A stretch of DNA of 32,000 nt from Candidatus Scalindua sp. GTDB lineage: Bacteria; Planctomycetota; Brocadiia; Brocadiales; Scalinduaceae. Below are positions 1-8,600 of the stretch, piece by piece. The DNA is taken from assembly GCA_031316235.1 (NCBI GenBank), contig JALDRA010000001.1:600001-632000 (forward strand), in the 5' to 3' direction. The notes below the pieces were generated by a model. The model saw only the letters and a list, made by a program, of their open reading frames with translations, searched no databases and was not told where the DNA came from. Positions within the stretch are counted from its first letter, which is position 1. Each line of letters begins with the position of its first letter. The translations under genes were made by a program, and so were the position numbers.

Positions 1-1403
1 CAGGGAGCGGTATATGCAAAAAACGCATCACCCGCACCTACTGTATCAATTACCTTTGATGAAAATATTGGAGTCCTGTTTGTTTCGCCTTTTCTATTAA
101 TCCCGATTGAACCTCCCTTACCAAGCGTCGCAATAAGGTAATCAGAATTTATGGACTTTGAGATTTTTTTTATGACATCCTTAATATCAGTAAATTTTTC
201 CTGAGCAGCCAACCTGATTTCAAGTTCATCCAGACAGACATAATTTGGATTATGATATTTTGTAATGAGATTGTAACCTACATTAGCCCCATTGGTCTGT
301 GTATTAATACCAAATGTCTTTGAATGCTTTTCAATAATACTGAATATTTTTTCCGTTATAAATCCATGCCCGAAATCTGAAATCAATACTAAATCATAGT
401 TTTCTATTTCAGACTCCAGATATTTAATGATCTCCATCTCAATACGGTTGTTGATGAAAGCATCTTCCAGATAATTGATTTCAAACAGCTTTTGGTTCAG
501 ATAGGAGTGAATATACCTCTTCTTGACAATGGTTGGGCCATCTTCCCTGTAAAAGAACTGAGAACGGACGTTTGGTTTTAAGCTGTTTAATATGAAATCT
601 TCTCTTGTATCTTCCCTGCCCAGCACTGTTACCAGTTGTATCTCTTCACAGAGACCTGCTATATGATTGGCAATTGCAAATACGCCTCCCGCAAAGATCT
701 CATGGGTTAAATATTTATTTACGACAAGATTCGCCTTGGAAGACTTACCCATGGTCGCGACATAATGATATTCATCAATAATACCGTCTCCAAGGAGCAG
801 GATTTTCATCTTTTTCAACTCATCCACTTTCTCCATGATATAATCGAAACTATACTTTTCTGAAAAGTCCTGTAAAAACTTCCTGGTCTCCTCGGGATAC
901 ACATCGAGAAAATTATTGATAATCCGTGAAGAGCTAAAGGATATTCCCCCCGTCTCACAGATCCGGCCTTGTCCAAAATAAAATTTTTTCTCCTTCTCCA
1001 AATTTTTTTCGTAAATTCCGAGATCCTGAGCTCTTCTCTTATGTGACCTCCCCTTTGAAAACACATCGGGTTTTATCCTCTGTATGCATTCAAAAGGTGT
1101 CTCATCGTCAACCAGGCAGGTGAAATCAACCTGCTCGAGAGCAGCAACATTCTCCACTCTATAATTCTCCGGGAATATGGGTCTTCCCGGCCCTTTCCGC
1201 ACATCTTTATCCTTAATTACGGTAACTATCAAAACGTCACCCTCTCTCTTCGACATATTGAGATGTTTGATGATCCCTGGATGGATGAGGTCAAAAACGC
1301 CGTGAGTCTGAACCACAACTTTACCCTGCTGTTTCAGGTTTTCAACCTTCTCAATGAGTTTATCGAACAGTAATATCTTTCTTTCTATTGATCTGTTGGT
1401 CAT
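1..1403 (-). CDS. HldE-like bifunctional protein with reversed domain order: N-terminal cytidylyl/adenylyltransferase-like domain plus C-terminal PfkB-family sugar kinase (3' end lies beyond the window)
   Basis: Not in the ORF track because it runs off the window. Hand translation of the minus strand: ATG at 1403-1401, and I checked every in-frame triplet down to base 1 and found no stop (>=467 codons). N-terminus is MTNRSIERKILLFDKLIEKVENLKQQGKVVVQTHGVFDLIHPGIIKHL (nucleotidyltransferase fold; the HxGH position reads HPGI). Residues at the window edge, SKVIDTVGAGDAFFAYTAP, match the PfkB/ribokinase DTxGAGD signature. Confidence 0.7.
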   Translation of the reverse strand, partial: MTNRSIERKILLFDKLIEKVENLKQQGKVVVQTHGVFDLIHPGIIKHLNMSKREGDVLIVTVIKDKDVRKGPGRPIFPENYRVENVAALEQVDFTCLVDDETPFECIQRIKPDVFSKGRSHKRRAQDLGIYEKNLEKEKKFYFGQGRICETGGISFSSSRIINNFLDVYPEETRKFLQDFSEKYSFDYIMEKVDELKKMKILLLGDGIIDEYHYVATMGKSSKANLVVNKYLTHEIFAGGVFAIANHIAGLCEEIQLVTVLGREDTREDFILNSLKPNVRSQFFYREDGPTIVKKRYIHSYLNQKLFEINYLEDAFINNRIEMEIIKYLESEIENYDLVLISDFGHGFITEKIFSIIEKHSKTFGINTQTNGANVGYNLITKYHNPNYVCLDELEIRLAAQEKFTDIKDVIKKISKSINSDYLIATLGKGGSIGINRKGETNRTPIFSSKVIDTVGAGDAFFAYTAP

Positions 1404-1411
1404 TGGCAAAC

Positions 1412-1888
1412 CTATTTGATAAAATGTTGATTGAGAAGTTTTGTTGATGAAAAAACTATATCCTGGGTAAACTTGATTTCTATTCCTAATTCCCTCGTCA
1501 AGTTGTATTCCTTTTGAATCTTTCCCGTTTTATCCTGCAGATTCTGAAATTCCTGTCCCTTTACATAGATATCCGGGCATAATCGCCTCAGCGTATTTTC
1601 AGCGGTAGGCCATTTATTGACAGCCACGTAATCAACACACTCTAAAGCAGCAATTGAATCTGCCCTCAGCTCCTGGTTAAAGACCGGTCTGTCCGGCCCT
1701 TTGTCAACGTACACATCAGGGGTAACTGTTATTACGAGAACGTCCCCCATCTTTTTAGCCGACTGAAAATGTTTTATGTGTCCAGGATGCATGAGATCAA
1801 AACATCCATGACAGTGAACAATTATCTTTCCTTCATTCTTCAAAGCACGGATTTTTTGTTCTAATTCATCAAATTCAAGAATCTTCAC
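1412..1888 (-). CDS. Free-standing cytidylyltransferase-like protein (RfaE domain II / TagD-like nucleotidyltransferase)
   Basis: 158 aa. Contains HCHGCFDLMHPGHIKHF with an intact HxGH motif. GTG start at 1888 is preceded by gagagagg (SD-like). Clear paralogue of the N-terminal domain of the downstream gene (GDVLVITV/GDVLIVTV, KGPDRPVF/KGPGRPIF). Confidence 0.75.
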   Translation of the reverse strand: MKILEFDELEQKIRALKNEGKIIVHCHGCFDLMHPGHIKHFQSAKKMGDVLVITVTPDVYVDKGPDRPVFNQELRADSIAALECVDYVAVNKWPTAENTLRRLCPDIYVKGQEFQNLQDKTGKIQKEYNLTRELGIEIKFTQDIVFSSTKLLNQHFIK

Positions 1889-1917
1889 TGAAATACCTCT
1901 CTCGCGGGCCAGAATTT

Positions 1918-2886
1918 CTACCGGCGCTCTTCTTCATTTATTGCACTCCAGAGCTCAGGAATTGTCTCAGAGTGTTTCCCCTTAATATAATAACTTATAC
2001 CACCATCAGCGACTGTTCTTACAAGCATGGTTTTCCATGGCCTGAAATAATATGCAGGATTATCTCTTGAAGGCTCTTTATTAAAATCATCCGGCAGATC
2101 CATCAGATCGCATACCAGTGTAGTAAAATGATTAATAACTCTCCCTTCCTTATGCGCAATATTTCTTGCCATACTCAGCGCTTTCAAAAAAACTTCGGGC
2201 GCCATTACTGCACTGCCAAAATTCATCACAACTCCACTTTCAAGATTCTGGACAACCTCTGCGAAAGTTAAAAAATCATTATATGAAGTCGCTCCTGTTA
2301 CAGCACCGTCACAATTTGGATATTCATGAATTATATCATATCCAATGCCGACATGTACAGTAATGGGTATAGATAATCGGTACCCTGCTGCTAACAAACT
2401 GATCTCCTTACAAGGGAAATCCCCCAGAGAAATAGCACGCCCGACAGATTCTCCCATACCAGCACTTTTGTCTTTCCTGTAGGCCTCATTCATAATATCG
2501 TTTAATCTTGCCGTTTCCTGCCACAGACCAAACTGACCATCCTTGATATAGCGGGCTACACTTTCTGTTGTAGCACCGATCAAGGCAAACTCAAAATCAT
2601 GAATAATTCCGGCTCCATTCATAGCTAAACAGGATATATAGCCTCTCTCCATCAAATCGATTATGTACTTCTGTACTCCTGTCCGTATAACATGCCCCCC
2701 GATTAACATAATCGTGGCGTGTGAGTTTTCTTTTGCGCTGCAGATATCCCTGGCAACAGCGTATGTATTTTTGCCAATTGGAGAAGCGGAATGAGTATCT
2801 AACTCTTTGACAATTGAAACGGTCAGATCGTGGTTTCTCTCCGACAAGGGTTTAAGGCAGAGTTTCTTTCGGTCAAATGCTGGCAA
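1918..2886 (-). CDS. Deoxyhypusine-synthase-like (DS family) protein, tentative
   Basis: 322 aa. TIMLIGGHVIRTGVQKYIIDLMERGYISCLAMNGAGIIHDFEFAL aligns by eye with the DHS core ([46 protein letters not shown]). TTG start with no obvious SD. Assignment is from memory of the family only. Confidence 0.4.
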   Translation of the reverse strand: MPAFDRKKLCLKPLSERNHDLTVSIVKELDTHSASPIGKNTYAVARDICSAKENSHATIMLIGGHVIRTGVQKYIIDLMERGYISCLAMNGAGIIHDFEFALIGATTESVARYIKDGQFGLWQETARLNDIMNEAYRKDKSAGMGESVGRAISLGDFPCKEISLLAAGYRLSIPITVHVGIGYDIIHEYPNCDGAVTGATSYNDFLTFAEVVQNLESGVVMNFGSAVMAPEVFLKALSMARNIAHKEGRVINHFTTLVCDLMDLPDDFNKEPSRDNPAYYFRPWKTMLVRTVADGGISYYIKGKHSETIPELWSAINEEERR

Positions 2887-2937
2887 TTGAGTTGATCCAA
2901 AAATAGTATTTTACTGCGGTTCTATAATGTCTTGCAA

Positions 2938-2966
2938 ATAGTATGAAAATATTTTTCTCCTGTCAA
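2938..2966 (-). promoter_or_regulatory. Sigma70-like promoter candidate for the 2886->1 transcription unit
   Basis: The minus strand reads TTGACA (2966-2961), N17, TACTAT (2943-2938), about 50 nt upstream of the TTG start at 2886. Confidence 0.3.
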
Positions 2967-3311
2967 CAACAATATGGTTCTGCTGATTTACTCCGTGCTT
3001 GGAAAAATGTCGATCGAAATAGTTTGGCAATTGAATGTTTAATTTTCTAAATTTTCAGTTGTAACACACACTCAAAGCAACCAAAATAGTTTTTTAAGTA
3101 AGTAAAATAACCTCTTTTGCCAAGAAATAGAGCAGTTCTCATCTCTCTTCGTATTTGCAACCTTAACATAACCGCACTTCTGCTCAACATGCCCAATGTA
3201 TTTTCTGGCATTACAAGCGATAGCGGGAATATTAACTGTACTCTAGCCCTAAACGGGCGAGTTTTTATAAAGCGCTCCTTCTCTATTTGAACAACACTGA
3301 AATCATCTGAT

Positions 3312-4277
3312 TTACAACGCCTCCATTTCAATACCTGCTGGTATTAGTAAAACATCAGAGGGGAGGCTGGAATTATTACCAATCAACTCTTTATTCACAG
3401 AATCATATGCTTTATAAAACTCTGGGACTACTTCTAATATACTGTTTAACCGGTCTCTTTCCCCACCTATTTCTGCATAAATTATTGGTCTGTATTTTGA
3501 CAACGTATGTCGGCTCCCTTTTAATACTTTCGTCTCGTGTCCTTCCACATCAATTTTTATGAGAGAGATAGTATCTTGATTATTATCATCAAGAATTTCA
3601 TCTAATGTTACTACATCCACCATATAGTGAACCCAATCATCTCTACCTGATTTACTAATCATTTCATCTGCAAACTTATCCAGTCTGTTACCTCCGGCAT
3701 TATAGGGATTTTCATATAATGTCATTGTCCCTTTGGTATCTGACAGAGCATAATCATAGACTTGTATGTTATTAATTTTGTTCAATCTAATGTGATTTTT
3801 AAGTGCGTTATTAGATTTTGGTGTTGGCTCAAACGAAATAACGTTATTAAATGTATAGGAACCTAAGAGAGAAAAAAACCCAACATTTGCTCCAATATCT
3901 ACAAATACACTACCCCCTTTTTCAATCAAACGTATAAGATCTTGATTTGGAGGTTCAAAATAATACAAACATTGTGTGTATTCATTAAGGTCTAGATCCA
4001 GAATGAAATTCATTCTTGCTTTATAGGTAACTTTTCGCATTATTTTTTCTTTTGATTTGTTATAGCGAGCTATTACCACGATGGTTTTTTTTATTATAAA
4101 TAAAAATACATTAAGTCGATTTTTAGTTGGATTTACTCTTATATCAATGAATCTCTTCTGAGGTAGGATATGTATTATCCTGTAGAATTGCGGAATTTTT
4201 TCCGCAAGAAATTTTAAAGTATGCTTATATAACATACCGATTCTATTTTTACCCATATTTCCCCAACTTTGATGCAA
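3312..4277 (-). CDS. FkbM-family SAM-dependent methyltransferase
   Basis: VFVDIGANVGFFSLL...FEPTPKS...Y..ALSD..G...L is typical FkbM-domain spacing. The first ~79 codons are unrecognised; an internal ATG at 4040 (MRKVTYKARMNF...) is an alternative start. Confidence 0.65.
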   Translation of the reverse strand: MHQSWGNMGKNRIGMLYKHTLKFLAEKIPQFYRIIHILPQKRFIDIRVNPTKNRLNVFLFIIKKTIVVIARYNKSKEKIMRKVTYKARMNFILDLDLNEYTQCLYYFEPPNQDLIRLIEKGGSVFVDIGANVGFFSLLGSYTFNNVISFEPTPKSNNALKNHIRLNKINNIQVYDYALSDTKGTMTLYENPYNAGGNRLDKFADEMISKSGRDDWVHYMVDVVTLDEILDDNNQDTISLIKIDVEGHETKVLKGSRHTLSKYRPIIYAEIGGERDRLNSILEVVPEFYKAYDSVNKELIGNNSSLPSDVLLIPAGIEMEAL

Positions 4278-4450
4278 CTGCTTCTATGCTTTGACTATAT
4301 CCCTGTCAATAATAACCAATCAGAAATTCTCCCAATATTAGAACGTAACTCTTTTATCTGAACTCCTTGACACTACGCCTACCTATCTTTGTATAATGAT
4401 GAGTATAATTTACTTTTACAACTATTCTCTTCAATGAGTCATTGTAGTAC

Positions 4451-5245
4451 CTACGACTTCGTAACAGCCTTATTACAGACAAATCGAAAAGAAGTGGAAA
4501 GCATATTCAGAAACGGAATGCTGCACAACATACCACTCGCCGGCATTAAGATCCAGGGTATTTTATGATACATATTTATAAAATTTTGAGGAAGTCCTCT
4601 CAAATTAACGGGGAGTATCTCCTCATATGCCCATTCATCAACTCTGAAACCATGCCAGCGTAACATGAAATGTATCTCCTTTGGAGAAAACCGAAGAGGA
4701 TGACTGACAGCGTTTGCAAATCGCAGGTAATTAATTTTCTCAATCCAGGAACCCTTATGGGGAAACCTGAAGATAAAGAGTTTGCCATTAGTACGCAGCA
4801 ACGCTTTCATGCGATCCAGAAATAGTCGAAAGTCTGGCACGTGTTCAAGAACACCGGAAATGCAGATTGCATCAAACTTTTTATCAGACAAGACATGTTT
4901 TTTGTTCTTCAAAATATCGCATTCATAGTACTTTACTTCTCCCTCCTTAACCCTATTATAATACTCTATATAATAGGGGGTACCAGGATATATGTCTGAA
5001 GCAATAACGTCAAAGTCCAAACGCCTCAATAAATACGACATCTGTCCAACGCCACAACCTAAATCAAGCACACAACTCTTTTCTTTAACGGTTTTCTGTA
5101 TGAGAAACGCATCTTTCACAAACCTGGCGGCACCCATGATATTGTCTAGATGTTCAAACTTCTTACCTGTCTCAGATTTATGGCTTTCTGCAATGGCTAT
5201 TAATTCCTGTATGAGATTTTCTTTTTTCGTCTCCATTTTTATCAT
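4451..5245 (-). CDS. Class I SAM-dependent methyltransferase
   Basis: 264 aa. Motif I VLDLGCGVGQMS, followed by DFDVIASDI and FDAICISGVLEHV (motifs II/III). Confidence 0.75.
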   Translation of the reverse strand: MIKMETKKENLIQELIAIAESHKSETGKKFEHLDNIMGAARFVKDAFLIQKTVKEKSCVLDLGCGVGQMSYLLRRLDFDVIASDIYPGTPYYIEYYNRVKEGEVKYYECDILKNKKHVLSDKKFDAICISGVLEHVPDFRLFLDRMKALLRTNGKLFIFRFPHKGSWIEKINYLRFANAVSHPLRFSPKEIHFMLRWHGFRVDEWAYEEILPVNLRGLPQNFINMYHKIPWILMPASGMLCSIPFLNMLSTSFRFVCNKAVTKS

Positions 5246-5326
5246 GCTATGTTAAAGAAATGCCCAGACCTAGAGAGAATTGTAAGGGATTCTTCTCTAT
5301 CTGTTTTGTCAAGTTTTACATCTCCC

Positions 5327-7051
5327 TCAACCCCCATTCAAAGGGATTTCTTGTTCCGATGGGTAAATAAAGTCTTCACCCTTAAGCACACCATCACATA
5401 TTATATCGAGCCCTGAGCTTTTTCCAGGCATTAAATCTTCAAAGTGTTTCACGTTTATCTTGAAGGGAGGCTCGCCGCCAGTCGGTTCGAGGAATTCCAG
5501 GGGAATCATTCTCCGAAAAAAGAAATGATACGCATACTTTTTTGCCCTTGTGACAGTTTCCCCGTCCAATCGAGTCTTCAGCGGCAACCTATCGAGAAAC
5601 CTGAAATACTCTTCAGGAGACGATGCATCAAAGGTCACGCCTTTGTTCCTTATCCATGCCTCGCCCGCCACAATGACGGGAATCCCCATACTTGTCAGTT
5701 CAACTCCCGTCTTGGTACCATAAATTATTACTGCGTTGCACAGGGACATTGCAGAATACGTGCTGATAGAACTCTCCGGTGAAATCACAAAGACATTTTC
5801 AGGCAAGCGAGGAAATACTTTTTTAACTTCGTCAACGACAAGCTGTTTGGATTTCAGTGCACCCCTTATCTCTGCCGGATGAACACGAATCAACAATTGC
5901 AGATCTGAGCGTTTTGAGAAATACTGTATCGTTTGGATTATCCATTCCAGCATGTTTGGAAATGAATTTGCCGGATAGTGTAACTGAGCATCCCACATAA
6001 CATTTGTAAGCATGCCGATGCAGGGTTGAGAAAAGTCAACTCCAACTTCCCGCATGATGGTTTTTTGATCAGTTTCCGCATCTCTATCCTGAAAAGATAT
6101 CCAATCCTGTGTACCATACCAGCGAGTATGCAGATAGTCCATCAAACTCTTTTCAATCTCATTTCCCCAAACAATATTTTCCCACTTATCTGCCGGTTCG
6201 GATATAAAGGTGTGATGATAGGTGTCTTCATGGCTGAAGAGCACTCTCCCCGTTCGGTAAGCAACATTCCAGACGGCGACCCGTACCTTTTCATCTCGGG
6301 CCACTTCTCCGATTAAGCCCTGAGGAACATAGATCCCATGGTGCATAACAACGCAATCAAAACGGATCTTCCTTAATAAATAGCGTATGCAAAAGGCTGC
6401 TGTTAATGAGGCTTTGAAGTACCGCCGCAGTATCTGTTCCGCAAACGGTTCACCGTCTAATTCAGCCCTGGCATAAAACCGCAAAGCACCTGCTAATGCA
6501 TGCTCCCCCACTTTTAAACCGTCAAGCCTATATTCCTCTATTTCAGACAGCGGACAACTTGAAGAGATATCTTCTGCGCTATCTAAATCCTGCTGGGTCA
6601 ACAAATCACTATAACGATGCACCTTGAAACCTAACTTCCGGTACATCTCAAATGCAGGGCGGAAACAGATCCTGCAGAGATCTTTTGAAGGTCCGTCCTT
6701 CGTAAAACGTAAAAGATCAGGATACCAGTCTGAAATACAGAGTTGACACGCACACAGGCAGGAATCACAGAGGAGGAAATGTACATCTCTTCCACGCAAT
6801 GTAAGGGCAACACCCAGCAGACTTTCCAGTTTAGTGACAGAAAGTTCTGCTCCCAGGTTTGTTGCCAGCAATATTTTCTGACCCTGCTGAGACTTTACGA
6901 GAGCAGCATCCCATAACGAGCGCTCTTTTTCCAATACAGCATTCCAGTCTGAATACCCGGTAGTTTTCGTCCGATACCAGCGATAGTAGAACCGAACCTT
7001 CTTAAATATCGGTTTATTTCTTACTAATTCTTTGATAAACGACTTCATCAC
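5327..7051 (-). CDS. Cys-rich GT-B-like protein, possibly Capsule_synth (KpsC/KpsS-like) family; candidate ulosonic-acid transferase
   Basis: 574 aa. N-terminal Cys cluster LLCDSCLCACQLC...CRIC. C-terminal block RVHPAE...IIYGTKTGVELTSMGIPVIVAGEAW resembles the nucleotide-sugar-binding half of GT-B/capsule biosynthesis proteins. Its start overlaps the stop of the NeuA-like gene (gtgATGa at 7051-7045). Confidence 0.35.
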   Translation of the reverse strand: MMKSFIKELVRNKPIFKKVRFYYRWYRTKTTGYSDWNAVLEKERSLWDAALVKSQQGQKILLATNLGAELSVTKLESLLGVALTLRGRDVHFLLCDSCLCACQLCISDWYPDLLRFTKDGPSKDLCRICFRPAFEMYRKLGFKVHRYSDLLTQQDLDSAEDISSSCPLSEIEEYRLDGLKVGEHALAGALRFYARAELDGEPFAEQILRRYFKASLTAAFCIRYLLRKIRFDCVVMHHGIYVPQGLIGEVARDEKVRVAVWNVAYRTGRVLFSHEDTYHHTFISEPADKWENIVWGNEIEKSLMDYLHTRWYGTQDWISFQDRDAETDQKTIMREVGVDFSQPCIGMLTNVMWDAQLHYPANSFPNMLEWIIQTIQYFSKRSDLQLLIRVHPAEIRGALKSKQLVVDEVKKVFPRLPENVFVISPESSISTYSAMSLCNAVIIYGTKTGVELTSMGIPVIVAGEAWIRNKGVTFDASSPEEYFRFLDRLPLKTRLDGETVTRAKKYAYHFFFRRMIPLEFLEPTGGEPPFKINVKHFEDLMPGKSSGLDIICDGVLKGEDFIYPSEQEIPLNGG

Positions 7052-7794
7052 TCTTTCAATACCATCTCTGCAAATTGAAGGTCCAGCGGCGTATTAATAT
7101 CAATGGATTCCCGTTCGTCCATGGGAAAAGGGATGACAATATCACCAATTGGAGTCCCCTTGTTTTTAATAGTAGAAGGTTTCGTAATGTATATACTTGC
7201 ATTTTGAATATATACCCTTGGCAATAAGTGATAAGAACGTGTGTGCATATTACAATCCTCGCTCTTCACAAACGGTTTCAATCGGGAGTTCTCGATCACC
7301 CACATCTTATAGGGGTGTTCGGTGCATAAGGTTATAGATCGGAGTGAATCTGCCTCCGGATATAGTTGTATTTCCTTGACGGCTTTATCAATGGTCTCTG
7401 CCTTGCGAAAAGGAGATGTTGGATACAGCTGGACAATCAGGTCTGGTTCATACCCCTCATATTTCATAAACCATCCCAGTGCATGTTCAAAAAATTCCAT
7501 CTCTGTAGAATCATCCTGTGAAATACTTTCAGGACGGAGAAAGGGAGTCTCTGCACCATACTCTTTTGAAATTCCGGCTACCTGTCTGCTGTCAGTGCTC
7601 ACGACAACCCTGCTTATCAGCTTAGACGCAAGGGCTGCTTCAACTGTATATGCGATCAGGGGTTTCCCCCCCAACAAACAGATATTTTTGTCTTCTACCC
7701 TTTTCGAACCGCCTCTGGCAGGTATGAGCGCTAAAATTTCCAAAAGTTTATCCCCCGCATCTGGTCGAGCCAGAACAAAAAATATGAGATACAA
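7048..7794 (-). CDS. Acylneuraminate cytidylyltransferase family (NeuA/PseF/LegF-like CMP-nonulosonate synthetase)
   Basis: LALIPARGGSKRVEDKNI is the family N-terminal signature. The track start is TTG at 7794. A TTG at 7743 preceded by gggggat would give the usual M-EILALIPARGGSKR N-terminus and is more plausible. Confidence 0.8.
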   Translation of the reverse strand: MYLIFFVLARPDAGDKLLEILALIPARGGSKRVEDKNICLLGGKPLIAYTVEAALASKLISRVVVSTDSRQVAGISKEYGAETPFLRPESISQDDSTEMEFFEHALGWFMKYEGYEPDLIVQLYPTSPFRKAETIDKAVKEIQLYPEADSLRSITLCTEHPYKMWVIENSRLKPFVKSEDCNMHTRSYHLLPRVYIQNASIYITKPSTIKNKGTPIGDIVIPFPMDERESIDINTPLDLQFAEMVLKE

Positions 7795-7803
7795 CCTGCT
7801 TAA

Positions 7804-7927
7804 TGTTTGAACGAAAAGTGCCCAGGTACAAGGCGCGTACTAATTGCGGAACCGGAGCGTACTCAAGTACGTGAGGATCAGGCAATTAGTACAGCAGCAC
7901 AGTAGATGGGTAGTTTTCGTTCAAACA
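7804..7927. repeat. Family B structured repeat, copy 1 (124-bp imperfect long palindrome)
   Basis: tgtttgaacgaaaa (7804-7817) pairs perfectly with ttttcgttcaaaca (7914-7927). Inner arms tactaattgc (7838-7847) and gcaattagta (7882-7891) also pair perfectly. Central hairpin is cgtact-ca-agtacg. A second copy lies at 13803-13926. The element ends 1 nt from the TAG stop (7928-7930) of the upstream minus-strand gene. Confidence 0.85.
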
Positions 7928-8575
7928 CTACTCACATACAAAAACAGAGTGCCGACTGAAGCGCTTCCACACACAGTCGAAATAAAACCCGTGTTTAAAG
8001 ACAATCTTCGGCAGCAGATATGCAGGTCTTGTTACATAATACCCCCCATATACGTTAACGCTCTGGAAACCCGCCCTTTTTATCAACGACACCCACTTCT
8101 TGTTGCTCAGGAACCTCTCATCACCGAAATGTCTTTCCGTGAGTACATTGTGATTATTTGGAACATTGAAGATAACCTTTCTGGATACCTTTTTCTGTTC
8201 AACAAGCCCCCTCACAATGTCCTCATCTGAAAAATGTTCCATTACACCGCTATTACAAACCACATCGAAGTAACGCTCTTCAAAAAGAGATGAAAGTCTG
8301 AAGATGTCACCCTTCATAATATGTAGTTTTAGATTGTCAGCACAGATCCTTTTTTTCGCATAATCGATTATCTCATCTGTCAGATCAAGCGCAGTAACAT
8401 CAAATCCATAATCGGCCAGCAACAGTGAAAGGAGAGCAGTACCACATCCGGCTTCTAACACCCGCCCTTCCTCTGGAACTGTATCGATTATTATCTCAAT
8501 CAGACGTCTGGCGGAGAGACACTGTTTAAAGATGTTTCTATTGCTTTTTTCAAAATAGCTTTTCCAATCGCCCAT
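7928..8575 (-). CDS. Class I SAM-dependent methyltransferase
   Basis: 215 aa. Motif I VLEAGCGTALLSLLLA, followed by FDVTALDL and FDVVCNSGVMEHF. Confidence 0.75.
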   Translation of the reverse strand: MGDWKSYFEKSNRNIFKQCLSARRLIEIIIDTVPEEGRVLEAGCGTALLSLLLADYGFDVTALDLTDEIIDYAKKRICADNLKLHIMKGDIFRLSSLFEERYFDVVCNSGVMEHFSDEDIVRGLVEQKKVSRKVIFNVPNNHNVLTERHFGDERFLSNKKWVSLIKRAGFQSVNVYGGYYVTRPAYLLPKIVFKHGFYFDCVWKRFSRHSVFVCE

Positions 8576-8600
8576 TTCAGGAGAGTCCTCACACCGGTTT

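Noticed and set aside
3047-3331. 94-aa basic ORF (minus strand) overlapping the FkbM stop by 20 nt.
   Set aside because: It has no recognisable domain and no SD, and it sits where the candidate promoter region for the downstream unit begins. It cannot be excluded as a small protein, but the sequence alone does not support it, so it is not listed as a feature.
7322-7810. Long antisense ORFs in the track: 7322-7810 (+), 7844-8230 (+), 8815-9186 (+), 19414-19818 (+), 19868-20212 (+), 23391-23813 (+), 18280-18633 (-), 5444-5782 (+) and similar.
   Set aside because: Each lies opposite a gene with clear family motifs. Their translations are low-complexity or Ser/Leu/Arg-rich with no recognisable motif. 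7844-8230 additionally starts inside the family B repeat. I treat them as shadow ORFs.
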